A stretch of 62,313 nt of DNA, taken from Patescibacteria group bacterium. GTDB taxonomy: Bacteria; Patescibacteriota; Minisyncoccia; JAHIHE01. The notes beneath the pieces were generated by a model. The model was not told where the DNA came from. It saw only the letters and a program-made list of their open reading frames with translations, and ran no database searches. Within the stretch, counting starts at the first letter, position 1. The number at the start of each line of letters is the position of its first letter. This document shows positions 20,209 to 27,840 of the stretch, in pieces. The DNA lies in the NCBI GenBank assembly GCA_018896765.1, contig JAHILZ010000061.1:1-62313 (forward strand), in the 5' to 3' direction. The translations under genes and the position numbers were made by a program.

Positions 20209-20279
20209 GACGAGGTAGCAAAGAGGCAATGCGGGAGACAGCAGATCTCCTTACGCGGGTTCAAATCCTGCCCTCGTCT
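20209..20279 (+). tRNA. tRNA-Cys (anticodon GCA) with non-canonical anticodon loop
   Basis: Acceptor GACGAGG/CCTCGTC. Discriminator U73. A13:A22 mismatch. Anticodon arm GGAGA-CAGCAGA-TCTCC. T-loop TTCAAAT. The loop contains no U, so position 33 is A and position 37 is G. Confidence 0.75.
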
Positions 20280-20321
20280 TTTAGAAATAAAAACTGCACA
20301 CTAAAATTATAAGGAGGAAAA

Positions 20322-21188
20322 ATGAACGAAAGAGAAATATCAAATAAGGTAATGGGGGTTTTAACTTCCCGAAAGTATGGATTTCACCAAAGGGGAAACG
20401 GGAAAAACGCGCCAAAAAGAAACACACGGGAGTATGAATTTTTCCTCAGGTGTATCGAGGAAAAATTAAGAAAACAAAAACCTGTAGAATTTTTTATTAA
20501 CTTTACAGGCCTTAAAAATTATAATGCCTGCAAATACTACAATCCCGATGAGTCTGAAAAACGCGCTTTCAGTTTTTTGCTAAACATGGCAAAACAAATC
20601 GAAAAAATATATCCTCAAGGCGTCGTTATAAATATAATATCAAACGACGCTCGGGCAATGTTTGCCAACGGCGCAAAAGAAGAAAACTGTAGAATATATT
20701 ACACCGGACTCGAAAAAATGATTAAGGAAAACGAAAGTTTTTCCAAACATTTCAGGCTTTTCCACCTAAAAGATATCTGGCAAAAAGAAGGCGAAGATTT
20801 TTTTTCGCTTCTTAGCCAAACTGTCGCAGAGGTTGAAAAAAACATAGAAAACGATCCGGATTTTCAGGAACTACTTCTCCGAGCAAAAAGAAGCGCAAAA
20901 CCAAACACCCCTGACCATGAACTCAAGCAGGCTGTTGTAAAATTTAAAGCCACTCTTGCAACCGAAAAAGAGCTAAGAATATGGGACAAACATTTTCCAC
21001 ACGCAATTATGCTTAGCTATAGGATAAATCCTGCCTGGGGTCTGCCATTCCTTTTGCCGTGGGCAACAGGCGAAGGCGAAGTTACTCAGCCTTGGCACGG
21101 CTGGTATGACAAAAATACCAACAAGGTAATGACCGTATGGAGGCAAGAAAAGCAAAAAGAGCTACAAAAATGGATGTTTAGGATATAA
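20322..21188 (+). CDS. PvcA/Dit1-family (isonitrile-synthase-like) protein, divergent
   Basis: 288 aa. KPVEFFINF...PDESEKRAFSFLL....IEKIYPQGVVINIISND...YYTGLEKMIKE and C-terminal FPHAIMLSYRINP...TQPWHG parallel my recollection of PvcA (EPIHFILPAFP...PD..E..A..L...Y.PGA...I.SDG; FP.AVRLSIHPQ...TPWHG). A strong AGGAGG lies 6 nt upstream. Confidence 0.5.
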   Translation: MNEREISNKVMGVLTSRKYGFHQRGNGKNAPKRNTREYEFFLRCIEEKLRKQKPVEFFINFTGLKNYNACKYYNPDESEKRAFSFLLNMAKQIEKIYPQGVVINIISNDARAMFANGAKEENCRIYYTGLEKMIKENESFSKHFRLFHLKDIWQKEGEDFFSLLSQTVAEVEKNIENDPDFQELLLRAKRSAKPNTPDHELKQAVVKFKATLATEKELRIWDKHFPHAIMLSYRINPAWGLPFLLPWATGEGEVTQPWHGWYDKNTNKVMTVWRQEKQKELQKWMFRI

Positions 21189-21294
21189 ACCAAAGGCCAG
21201 AATCAAGTTTCGATAAAATTTTCGATTAACGATTCTGGCTAATTTTTTAATCATTTATTTGACTAATTATTTTAATCATTTAACATATAAACAT

Positions 21295-22278
21295 ATGACA
21301 TCACGAGAACGAATCTATAAAACAATGAAAGGAAAACCTACCGATCGAATCCCCGTCTCACTATGGCAACATTTTCCAGATGCAGATCAAACCAGTCAAG
21401 GATTGGCCGATTCTATATTAAACTTTCAAAAAAAGTTTAATTTTGATTTGGTAAAAGTAACACCTGCCAGCGGATATATGACAGAAGCTTTTGGCGGAAA
21501 ATTTATACCACTTAAAACCGGCCTGCAAAAAGGAATCAGGGAATGCGTTGATTTTCCGATCAAGAATCATAACGACTGGAAAAAAATCAAACCAGCCAGT
21601 ATTAACCAAGGGATTTTAAAGCGCGAACTGGAAGCCTTAAAGCTTATTAAAAAAGGTATCGGCAACGATGTACCAATAGTACAAACAATCCCTAACCCTT
21701 TAACTCTTGCGAAAACCATTCGGGGAAAATTATTATTTGATGACCTTAGGAATCATCCTAACGATTTAAAATCAGCCCTTGATGTTATTACGGATACTAT
21801 ACTTACATTTTCCTTAGAATCTTTAAAAGTCAGAGCCGATGGCATATTCTTTTTTACCCAGATGGCAAGTTTTGATTTTCTAACGGAAAAAGAATATCAA
21901 GAATTCGGAGTAAAATACGATTTGCAAATATTAAATAATCTAGCAAAACAAAATGCATTGCTTATACTGCATATCCATGGCTTGAATATTATGTTCGATC
22001 TCCTTAAAGAATATCCCGTACAGATCATAAATTGGCACGACCAATTGACCGCGCCAACGATCGCCGAAGCGCAAAAAATCTGTACAAAAACTTTTATAGG
22101 TGGAATAGAAGAAAATGAAATGTTGTTAAAAGAAAATCCTGAAGTTATCAAAAAACATATAAAAAAATTTATTAACAAAAACAATGGCAAACGATTAATA
22201 TTCGGTCCTGGCTGTGTTTTACCTGTTAATACTCCGGAAATGAATATAAGCGCCATAAAAAAAGCTTTAGAAAAATAA
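21295..22278 (+). CDS. Uroporphyrinogen decarboxylase (URO-D) family protein (MtaA/CmuA-like)
   Basis: About 327 aa from the ATG at 21295. MTSRERIYKTMKGKPTDRIPVSLWQHF... has URO-D family N-terminal and overall architecture. The track start at 21259 is a TTG. Confidence 0.65.
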   Translation: MTSRERIYKTMKGKPTDRIPVSLWQHFPDADQTSQGLADSILNFQKKFNFDLVKVTPASGYMTEAFGGKFIPLKTGLQKGIRECVDFPIKNHNDWKKIKPASINQGILKRELEALKLIKKGIGNDVPIVQTIPNPLTLAKTIRGKLLFDDLRNHPNDLKSALDVITDTILTFSLESLKVRADGIFFFTQMASFDFLTEKEYQEFGVKYDLQILNNLAKQNALLILHIHGLNIMFDLLKEYPVQIINWHDQLTAPTIAEAQKICTKTFIGGIEENEMLLKENPEVIKKHIKKFINKNNGKRLIFGPGCVLPVNTPEMNISAIKKALEK

Positions 22279-22358
22279 AAAGCCTGGCTGAATTTTACGC
22301 TATCATAAAGACTTTTCTTGAAACCATTTAGTTTTCCACCGTCGAGCTAAAAGCCTAT

Positions 22359-22387
22359 TTGACGGCATCCGCAACTTGCGGTATAAT
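22359..22387 (+). promoter_or_regulatory. Sigma-70-type promoter upstream of the 22420 ORF
   Basis: TTGACG, 17-nt spacer, TATAAT; located 33 nt upstream of the ATG. Confidence 0.45.
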
Positions 22388-22419
22388 ATAGATATAATTA
22401 ATAATTTAATTAAAATACT

Positions 22420-22620
22420 ATGAATGGATCTAAAGAAGAAAAAGGCGGATATGGTCTTTACTGCTCGGGCGGTTTAAGACCTGTCTACGTAGGCCTTGTT
22501 TTATTTGTCATCGGATTAATAATGCAAGGCGGCAGCAGCGTACCGGAAATTATAATGATAGTTGGATCATTGGTTGTAATCACCGGACTCATTTCAATGT
22601 TTTTTCATAAAGAAAAATAG
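22420..22620 (+). CDS. Small membrane protein
   Basis: 66 aa with two hydrophobic helices; preceded by a good promoter. Confidence 0.4.
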   Translation: MNGSKEEKGGYGLYCSGGLRPVYVGLVLFVIGLIMQGGSSVPEIIMIVGSLVVITGLISMFFHKEK

Positions 22621-22905
22621 AATATCTGTTCATTGCTTATCGCAACTCCGCTCGATAAAATCCGGGCGGTTTTAAACAATAACTTAATAGCGGAAACCCG
22701 TCTTGTCCCGCTAAATGGCGAGGTTTCCCCCGTAATCATGGAATAGCTAATATCGTTCCGCTTTTTATGCACCAGTAAAAAATTTGCAAGTGATTTCAGC
22801 GAGTTCTTTATTAAAAACTGCCAAAGAACCTGTAAAAAAATATCGGCTCGAACCATATTTAGTAAAAGAAAATTTTATCATCATTTAAAATTAATCCAAT
22901 TATAC

Positions 22906-23271
22906 ATGAAGAATAAATTCTGCACTGTATTTCTATATATGTTTCTAATTGATGGACTCCTTGCGATTCTTGAAGGAGGAGATGGACTACTAGGATTAAG
23001 AATCTATTATGGAGATTTTTTTCAGTTTTTTGCAGCTATTTTTAGCCTTGCTATTGGAATTTGCGCTATAATACAAATAATCATAGGATTCGTGGAGAAA
23101 TTGCGATGGTCTGCGCGAATAATAGGTTTGTATGTTCTGTTTTACATCGCTATTATTATGATAGGAACTGTTCATAATATAAATATTTTTTCATTACTCG
23201 TTGGATTATTACAAATCTTACTATTCTTTTGGGCATCCAAAGATTTATCAAAAGGACACTATTTGAATTAA
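22906..23271 (+). CDS. Integral membrane protein
   Basis: 121 aa with about 4 TM helices. Confidence 0.4.
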   Translation: MKNKFCTVFLYMFLIDGLLAILEGGDGLLGLRIYYGDFFQFFAAIFSLAIGICAIIQIIIGFVEKLRWSARIIGLYVLFYIAIIMIGTVHNINIFSLLVGLLQILLFFWASKDLSKGHYLN

Positions 23272-23305
23272 AATATACTTTGGAGCAGAAAAGTTAAAAT
23301 ATCTT

Positions 23306-23734
23306 ATGAAACGTGTTTTAATTATCATCATTGCGCTAATCTTTGTTTGCATCATCTGTCTGTTTTCGCTAAAACCAGGTGACTGGGATTTAGCCGGTGA
23401 AATAAAAGGATATGCCCCAAATCCTGCTTACGTCGGCGATAAAGTTAGTTTTACTTATGTAGTCAGGAATCTAGGAAAAAATACATTGCCAACTAGAAGT
23501 TATGAGGTTGAGTTCTATATTAACGATGAAATGATTTCATTTGACCGAGATGGAAATCCCCTCACCCAAGGAGGAGGTGTTACTTACAGCAGATCCAAAG
23601 GCTATTACGATTTTATACCCGATAAATCTGGTAAATATTCTTACATTCTTATTCTAGATCCGAAAAACACGCTTAAAGAAACGAACGAGGATAATAACAA
23701 AATAACTGGTGAAATAACTGTGCTTGAGCGATAG
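23306..23734 (+). CDS. Secreted CARDB-like domain protein
   Basis: 142 aa. N-terminal signal/anchor, then GDKVSFTYVVRNLGKNTL... and DPKNTLKETNEDNN, as in CARDB domains. Confidence 0.55.
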   Translation: MKRVLIIIIALIFVCIICLFSLKPGDWDLAGEIKGYAPNPAYVGDKVSFTYVVRNLGKNTLPTRSYEVEFYINDEMISFDRDGNPLTQGGGVTYSRSKGYYDFIPDKSGKYSYILILDPKNTLKETNEDNNKITGEITVLER

Positions 23735-24235
23735 ATTTTAAAATAATATTTTTAGACTTCATTTATTAAAAACTTAAAATTGTCATCAGTGCAACTCCGC
23801 CGCATTTTCAGAATTTCGTGGGGGTTCCTTGCCGCCACAGGCGGCGAAATGCGTTCGAACTAATTCAAAAACTCAAAGGAATCCTGAATTAGTAAAAGCT
23901 GTCCCGAGTATTCGGGACAGCCAAGGTGGCGCCGCGGAATTTCTCGACCTCGCTCAAGATAAAAACTTTTCGTCCTTGCGTACATTTTTTGATATATATT
24001 AAGATGAGAAATTTTTTTTAATTTAGACTAAATTAAATATTCACTTTGATTATCCAAATAATCAAAGTGGAGCAGAATATAATTTTATGTTTTTAAGTAG
24101 TTTTAAAAATCTATCTTTCCAATTAAACTGGCGTTCCCAAAACACTTAGGCTGTTTTGACGTTTCTTTAATTTTGTTTTAAACAAATCCCGAAGCAGCTT
24201 CAAGAAAGCTGCTTTTGAAATAGAAGGAAAACAAA

Positions 24236-24487
24236 ATGGAGAAAAGAATAATCATTCCGATTGCGCCGGAAGACTTTGGCGCGCTAAAAAAGAAAATTGG
24301 GATTAATCAGAGCGAATTTTACTCAATCTGCGACGGTTCTTTGGAAACTTTTCCCAAAGGAATTTTTGCGCCGGGAATATTTTATAAATGCCAAAATTGC
24401 GGCAAAGAATTCAAGAAAACCAATTATATTGATTTTCAAACGAATACCGATTATTTCCAATTAGTAGAAACGAGAGGGGTTTGCTAA
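24236..24487 (+). CDS. Hypothetical protein (single CxxC)
   Basis: 83 aa. GGAAAACAAAATG ribosome-binding context, upstream of trpS on the same strand; no family recognised. Confidence 0.35.
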   Translation: MEKRIIIPIAPEDFGALKKKIGINQSEFYSICDGSLETFPKGIFAPGIFYKCQNCGKEFKKTNYIDFQTNTDYFQLVETRGVC

Positions 24488-24562
24488 AAAGCCTGCTCCT
24501 CCCTTAATTTTAGTTTGATTAAATTCTTAAATAAAGTATAATTAACATATAACAATAAATTT

Positions 24563-25555
24563 ATGACCAAACAAGAAAACAAGCAAGTATTCAGCGGCAT
24601 CCGCTCAAGCGGCGAACTGCATCTTGGAAATTATATAGGCGCGATCAAAAGTTTTATTGAATTGCAAAAAACCCGCGACTGCGTTTTTATGATCGTGGAT
24701 TACCACGGCATTACTACTCCGTTCGATCCGAAAGAAATTAAAAATACTATTTTAAATGTGGCATTGGATTATCTAGCCGCCGGAATAGATCCAAATAAAA
24801 GCATTTTAGCCGTACAATCGAATGTTCCGGAACACCTAGAGCTTTCTTGGATTTTTAGCACGATTACGCCGGTGGGACTGCTCCAGCGAATTCCAACTTT
24901 TAAGGAAAAAATAAGGCAGCACCCGGATTATGTCAATCTCGGTCTTTTAAGCTATCCCGTTTTGATGGCCGCGGATATTTTAATTTACAAAGCCGGATTA
25001 GTGCCGGTGGGAGAAGACCAATTGCCTCATATCGAATTTACCAACGAAACCGCCAAACGTTTTAACAATAAATTCGGCAAAACTTTTCCGGAAGTAAAAG
25101 CAAAATTAAGCGAAGGCGCTCGAATAATGTCCTTAAATGATCCGGCGAAAAAAATGAGCAAAAGCCTTGGGCCAAAAACTTATATTGCCTTAAACGATTC
25201 CCCGGAAACAATCAAAGAAAAAATGAAAAAAGCGGTTACCGATATCGGAACCACGGGAAAGATGACGCCGGCAACGGAAAATTTATTCCTGCTTTTAAAA
25301 ATCCTGGGCAAACCCGAGCATTATGAAGAATTTTTAGCCGAACACAAAAAAGGAACGATAAAATACAGCCTGCTAAAAGAAACTCTTGCGGCTGACATCG
25401 CCGATTATTTCGCGCCATTCCGCGCCAAGCGAAAAGAATTGGAAGCCAAACCCGAATATGTCAAAAAAATTCTAGCCGACGGCGCCGACCGCGCCCGAAA
25501 AATCGCCCGCGCCACAATGCGGGAGGTAAAAGAAAAAATCGGGCTAATGATATAA
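24563..25555 (+). CDS. trpS: Tryptophan--tRNA ligase
   Basis: 330 aa. HLGNYIG (HIGH-type) and KMSKS motifs; TrpRS-like throughout. Confidence 0.95.
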   Translation: MTKQENKQVFSGIRSSGELHLGNYIGAIKSFIELQKTRDCVFMIVDYHGITTPFDPKEIKNTILNVALDYLAAGIDPNKSILAVQSNVPEHLELSWIFSTITPVGLLQRIPTFKEKIRQHPDYVNLGLLSYPVLMAADILIYKAGLVPVGEDQLPHIEFTNETAKRFNNKFGKTFPEVKAKLSEGARIMSLNDPAKKMSKSLGPKTYIALNDSPETIKEKMKKAVTDIGTTGKMTPATENLFLLLKILGKPEHYEEFLAEHKKGTIKYSLLKETLAADIADYFAPFRAKRKELEAKPEYVKKILADGADRARKIARATMREVKEKIGLMI

Positions 25556-25610
25556 AAAAAATAGATCGTAGAAATTTTTTTAATCTAATCTACAATCTTT
25601 TTAAACTTAA

Positions 25611-25766
25611 TTAAAAATTAGAATTGACCAATACACCGTCTATTGCAATTATTTTTCCTCCATTGGCTATAATCCTCGACTCTACAAAACAACCTCTGCC
25701 AAAAACTTCGACATCAGTCGTTGTTTTCCCATCGTCGGACTGGATAGTATAAACTGTCATTACCAT
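25611..25766 (-). CDS. 51-aa hypothetical ORF, possibly coupled to the upstream 103-aa ORF
   Basis: MVMTVYTIQSDDGKTTTDVEVFGRGCFVESRIIANGGKIIAIDGVLVNSNF. It starts 8 nt after the stop of 25774..26085, preceded by AAGGATGG. Below the track cutoff. Confidence 0.3.
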   Translation of the reverse strand: MVMTVYTIQSDDGKTTTDVEVFGRGCFVESRIIANGGKIIAIDGVLVNSNF

Positions 25767-25773
25767 ACCATCC

Positions 25774-26085
25774 TTAATTCGCTGTCGATGCTATCGTTTT
25801 TAGTCTTTGTACATATTCATTTTGGGGCAGTTTTTTTTCTATCTCTTCGATTTGTTTAATCAAGATAGCAATGGCTGCTGGTGAAAAATCGTGTAATATT
25901 TTTTTTATATCTGAATCCGTCATGCCATCCATTTGCCTTAAAAATTCTCTTTTCGGTGGACCTCCGAAAATTGTTAAAATTTTCGACAAATATTTCAACG
26001 CAGAAATAAAACCAAATCCTGCATCTATTGTTTCCAGATTTTCACTTTGGGAATTAAATTCCCATATATCCGACATTGATGCCAT
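25774..26085 (-). CDS. Hypothetical protein
   Basis: 103-aa ORF with no recognised family. Confidence 0.35.
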   Translation of the reverse strand: MASMSDIWEFNSQSENLETIDAGFGFISALKYLSKILTIFGGPPKREFLRQMDGMTDSDIKKILHDFSPAAIAILIKQIEEIEKKLPQNEYVQRLKTIASTAN

Positions 26086-26419
26086 TTATTTTCCTCCTTA
26101 TTTTCTCTTTTATTATAAGTAATTCATTTTATTTTTTGTTGGATTAAACATCATTATAAAATGGTTTAATCCAAAATAAAATTTTTTACCTATAAAAAAA
26201 TAACTCCGAAAAATCGGAATTATTTTTTTAGAGACAATTGATTTAAAACCCGGCAAACGGCGATTTGCGCGCCGGCGGACAAGACTGAAAATTTAGCGTA
26301 TTTTTTTCTAATGTTTGCCATATTTTTTGATTTTCATTTTTTCACCCTCTAACATTGCATTATACGCTAAGCAAATAATTTGTCAATGCCTCACGCCCTT
26401 GATTATCAACATTTATTAC

Positions 26420-26459
26420 CTATTGCGTTAATTCTGCCATGGCAGAATTAACGCAATAG
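26420..26459. repeat. Perfect 40-bp palindrome (copy 1 of 2), probable bidirectional terminator/REP-like element
   Basis: CTATTGCGTTAATTCTGCCA|TGGCAGAATTAACGCAATAG. It lies 12 nt beyond the 3' end of the phosphohexomutase gene. The second copy is at 38759-38800. Confidence 0.8.
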
Positions 26460-26471
26460 CTTTTAAAAAAA

Positions 26472-27839
26472 TTAATTCTTATTGATAATTTCGGAAATCT
26501 CCCGCGCTTTTTCTCGGGTTAATTCGGCGCTTTTTGATTCCAAGTTCAGACGGATTACCGTCTCCGTGTTTGACCCGCGGATATTGAACCACCAATCTGG
26601 ATATTCAACGGTAATGCCGTCTAGTTTGATTATTTTTCCATCAGAATATATATTTTCAATTTCTTCTAATTTTTCCGGCACGCTTTTCGCTTTGAAATTT
26701 ATCTCTCCTGAATGAAAATATTTTTGATAAGGCTTTATAATTTCAGAAAACGCTTTGTTTTTATCGGTAAGAAATTTCAAAAATTTTGCCACTTGAATTA
26801 TCGGCATTTCAAAAGTGCCATAATCTCTTTTATAAAAATAATGACCGGAAGACTCTCCGCCAAAAATCGCGCCGTTTGCAACCATTACTTCCTTGATCAA
26901 GGAATGGCCGACTGGCGTCACCACCGCTTTGCCCCCGGCTTTTTCAATCATATCTTTGGTAATTCTTCCCGGTCGAATATCATAGCAAACCGTCGCGCCC
27001 GGATACTCGGCTAGCTCAATCTGCGCCATAATTCCCCGCAAAATTTCCTGCCGCAAAGTGTTTCCTTTTTCGTCCACAAAAAAATATCTGTCGCCATCGC
27101 CATCCGGAGCAATGCCAAAATCAGCTTTGCTTTCAATAACTTTATTTTTTAGAAATTCCAGATTTTCTTCTTTGAGAGGATCCGCTTCGTGAGAAGGAAA
27201 AGAACCGTCAAGATTAAAATTTATTTTTATCAAATCCGCCGGCAATTTTTTGAAAAGTTCGCTCATATCCAAAGCGCTCATTGCGTTAGAGGCGTCAATG
27301 GCAATTTTAAATTTTTTTATACCCGATAGATCAATTCCCGCTAATTGCTCTTTGACTAAATCTTTCAAAGCATTTTCTTTTGCAATAATTTTTCCTTTTT
27401 TATCAGATGCAAAAAAAATATTCGATAAAATAATATTTTTAATTTCATTTATACCGGTATTCTTGCTTATCGGCAAAGATTTTTCCCTCACCATTTTAAA
27501 TCCATTATATTCTTTCGGATTATGCGATGCCGACACCTGAATTCCGCCGTCATAATCATAATGGCCGACTGCAAAATAAAAAGTGGGCGTGCTAACCAAA
27601 CCGACATCAATCACATTTAAGCCGCAATCGGTAATTCCTTTAACTAGCTCTTTTTTTAGCGCCGGCGAAGAAAGCCGCATATCCGAACCTATAACTATAT
27701 TTTTTGCTTTAGAATTTTCTTTTAAAATAAAAGTTCCGTAGGCTCTGCCTATTTTATAAGCCAGATATTCGTCCAACTGGCTCGGATAAATTCCGCGAAT
27801 ATCATAAGCTTTGAAAATTGTTTCGTCTATTATTGCCAT
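26472..27839 (-). CDS. Phosphomannomutase/phosphoglucomutase (alpha-D-phosphohexomutase family)
   Basis: 455 aa. Active-site loop GGIQVSASHNPKEYNGFK and metal-binding DGDGDR. Confidence 0.85.
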   Translation of the reverse strand: MAIIDETIFKAYDIRGIYPSQLDEYLAYKIGRAYGTFILKENSKAKNIVIGSDMRLSSPALKKELVKGITDCGLNVIDVGLVSTPTFYFAVGHYDYDGGIQVSASHNPKEYNGFKMVREKSLPISKNTGINEIKNIILSNIFFASDKKGKIIAKENALKDLVKEQLAGIDLSGIKKFKIAIDASNAMSALDMSELFKKLPADLIKINFNLDGSFPSHEADPLKEENLEFLKNKVIESKADFGIAPDGDGDRYFFVDEKGNTLRQEILRGIMAQIELAEYPGATVCYDIRPGRITKDMIEKAGGKAVVTPVGHSLIKEVMVANGAIFGGESSGHYFYKRDYGTFEMPIIQVAKFLKFLTDKNKAFSEIIKPYQKYFHSGEINFKAKSVPEKLEEIENIYSDGKIIKLDGITVEYPDWWFNIRGSNTETVIRLNLESKSAELTREKAREISEIINKN

Positions 27840-27840
27840 A

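Noticed and set aside
22605-22856. 83-aa minus-strand ORF in the gap after the 66-aa membrane gene
   Set aside because: It has no ribosome-binding site and no family resemblance, and it overlaps the end of the upstream gene. The region is treated as non-coding or possible RNA instead.
26220-26321. 33-codon minus-strand ORF MANIRKKYAKFSVLSAGAQIAVCRVLNQLSLKK followed by a terminator hairpin
   Set aside because: It has a plausible terminator but no convincing promoter or Shine-Dalgarno sequence, and no recognisable family. Evidence is too weak to call a gene, and it may equally be a GC-rich RNA or debris.
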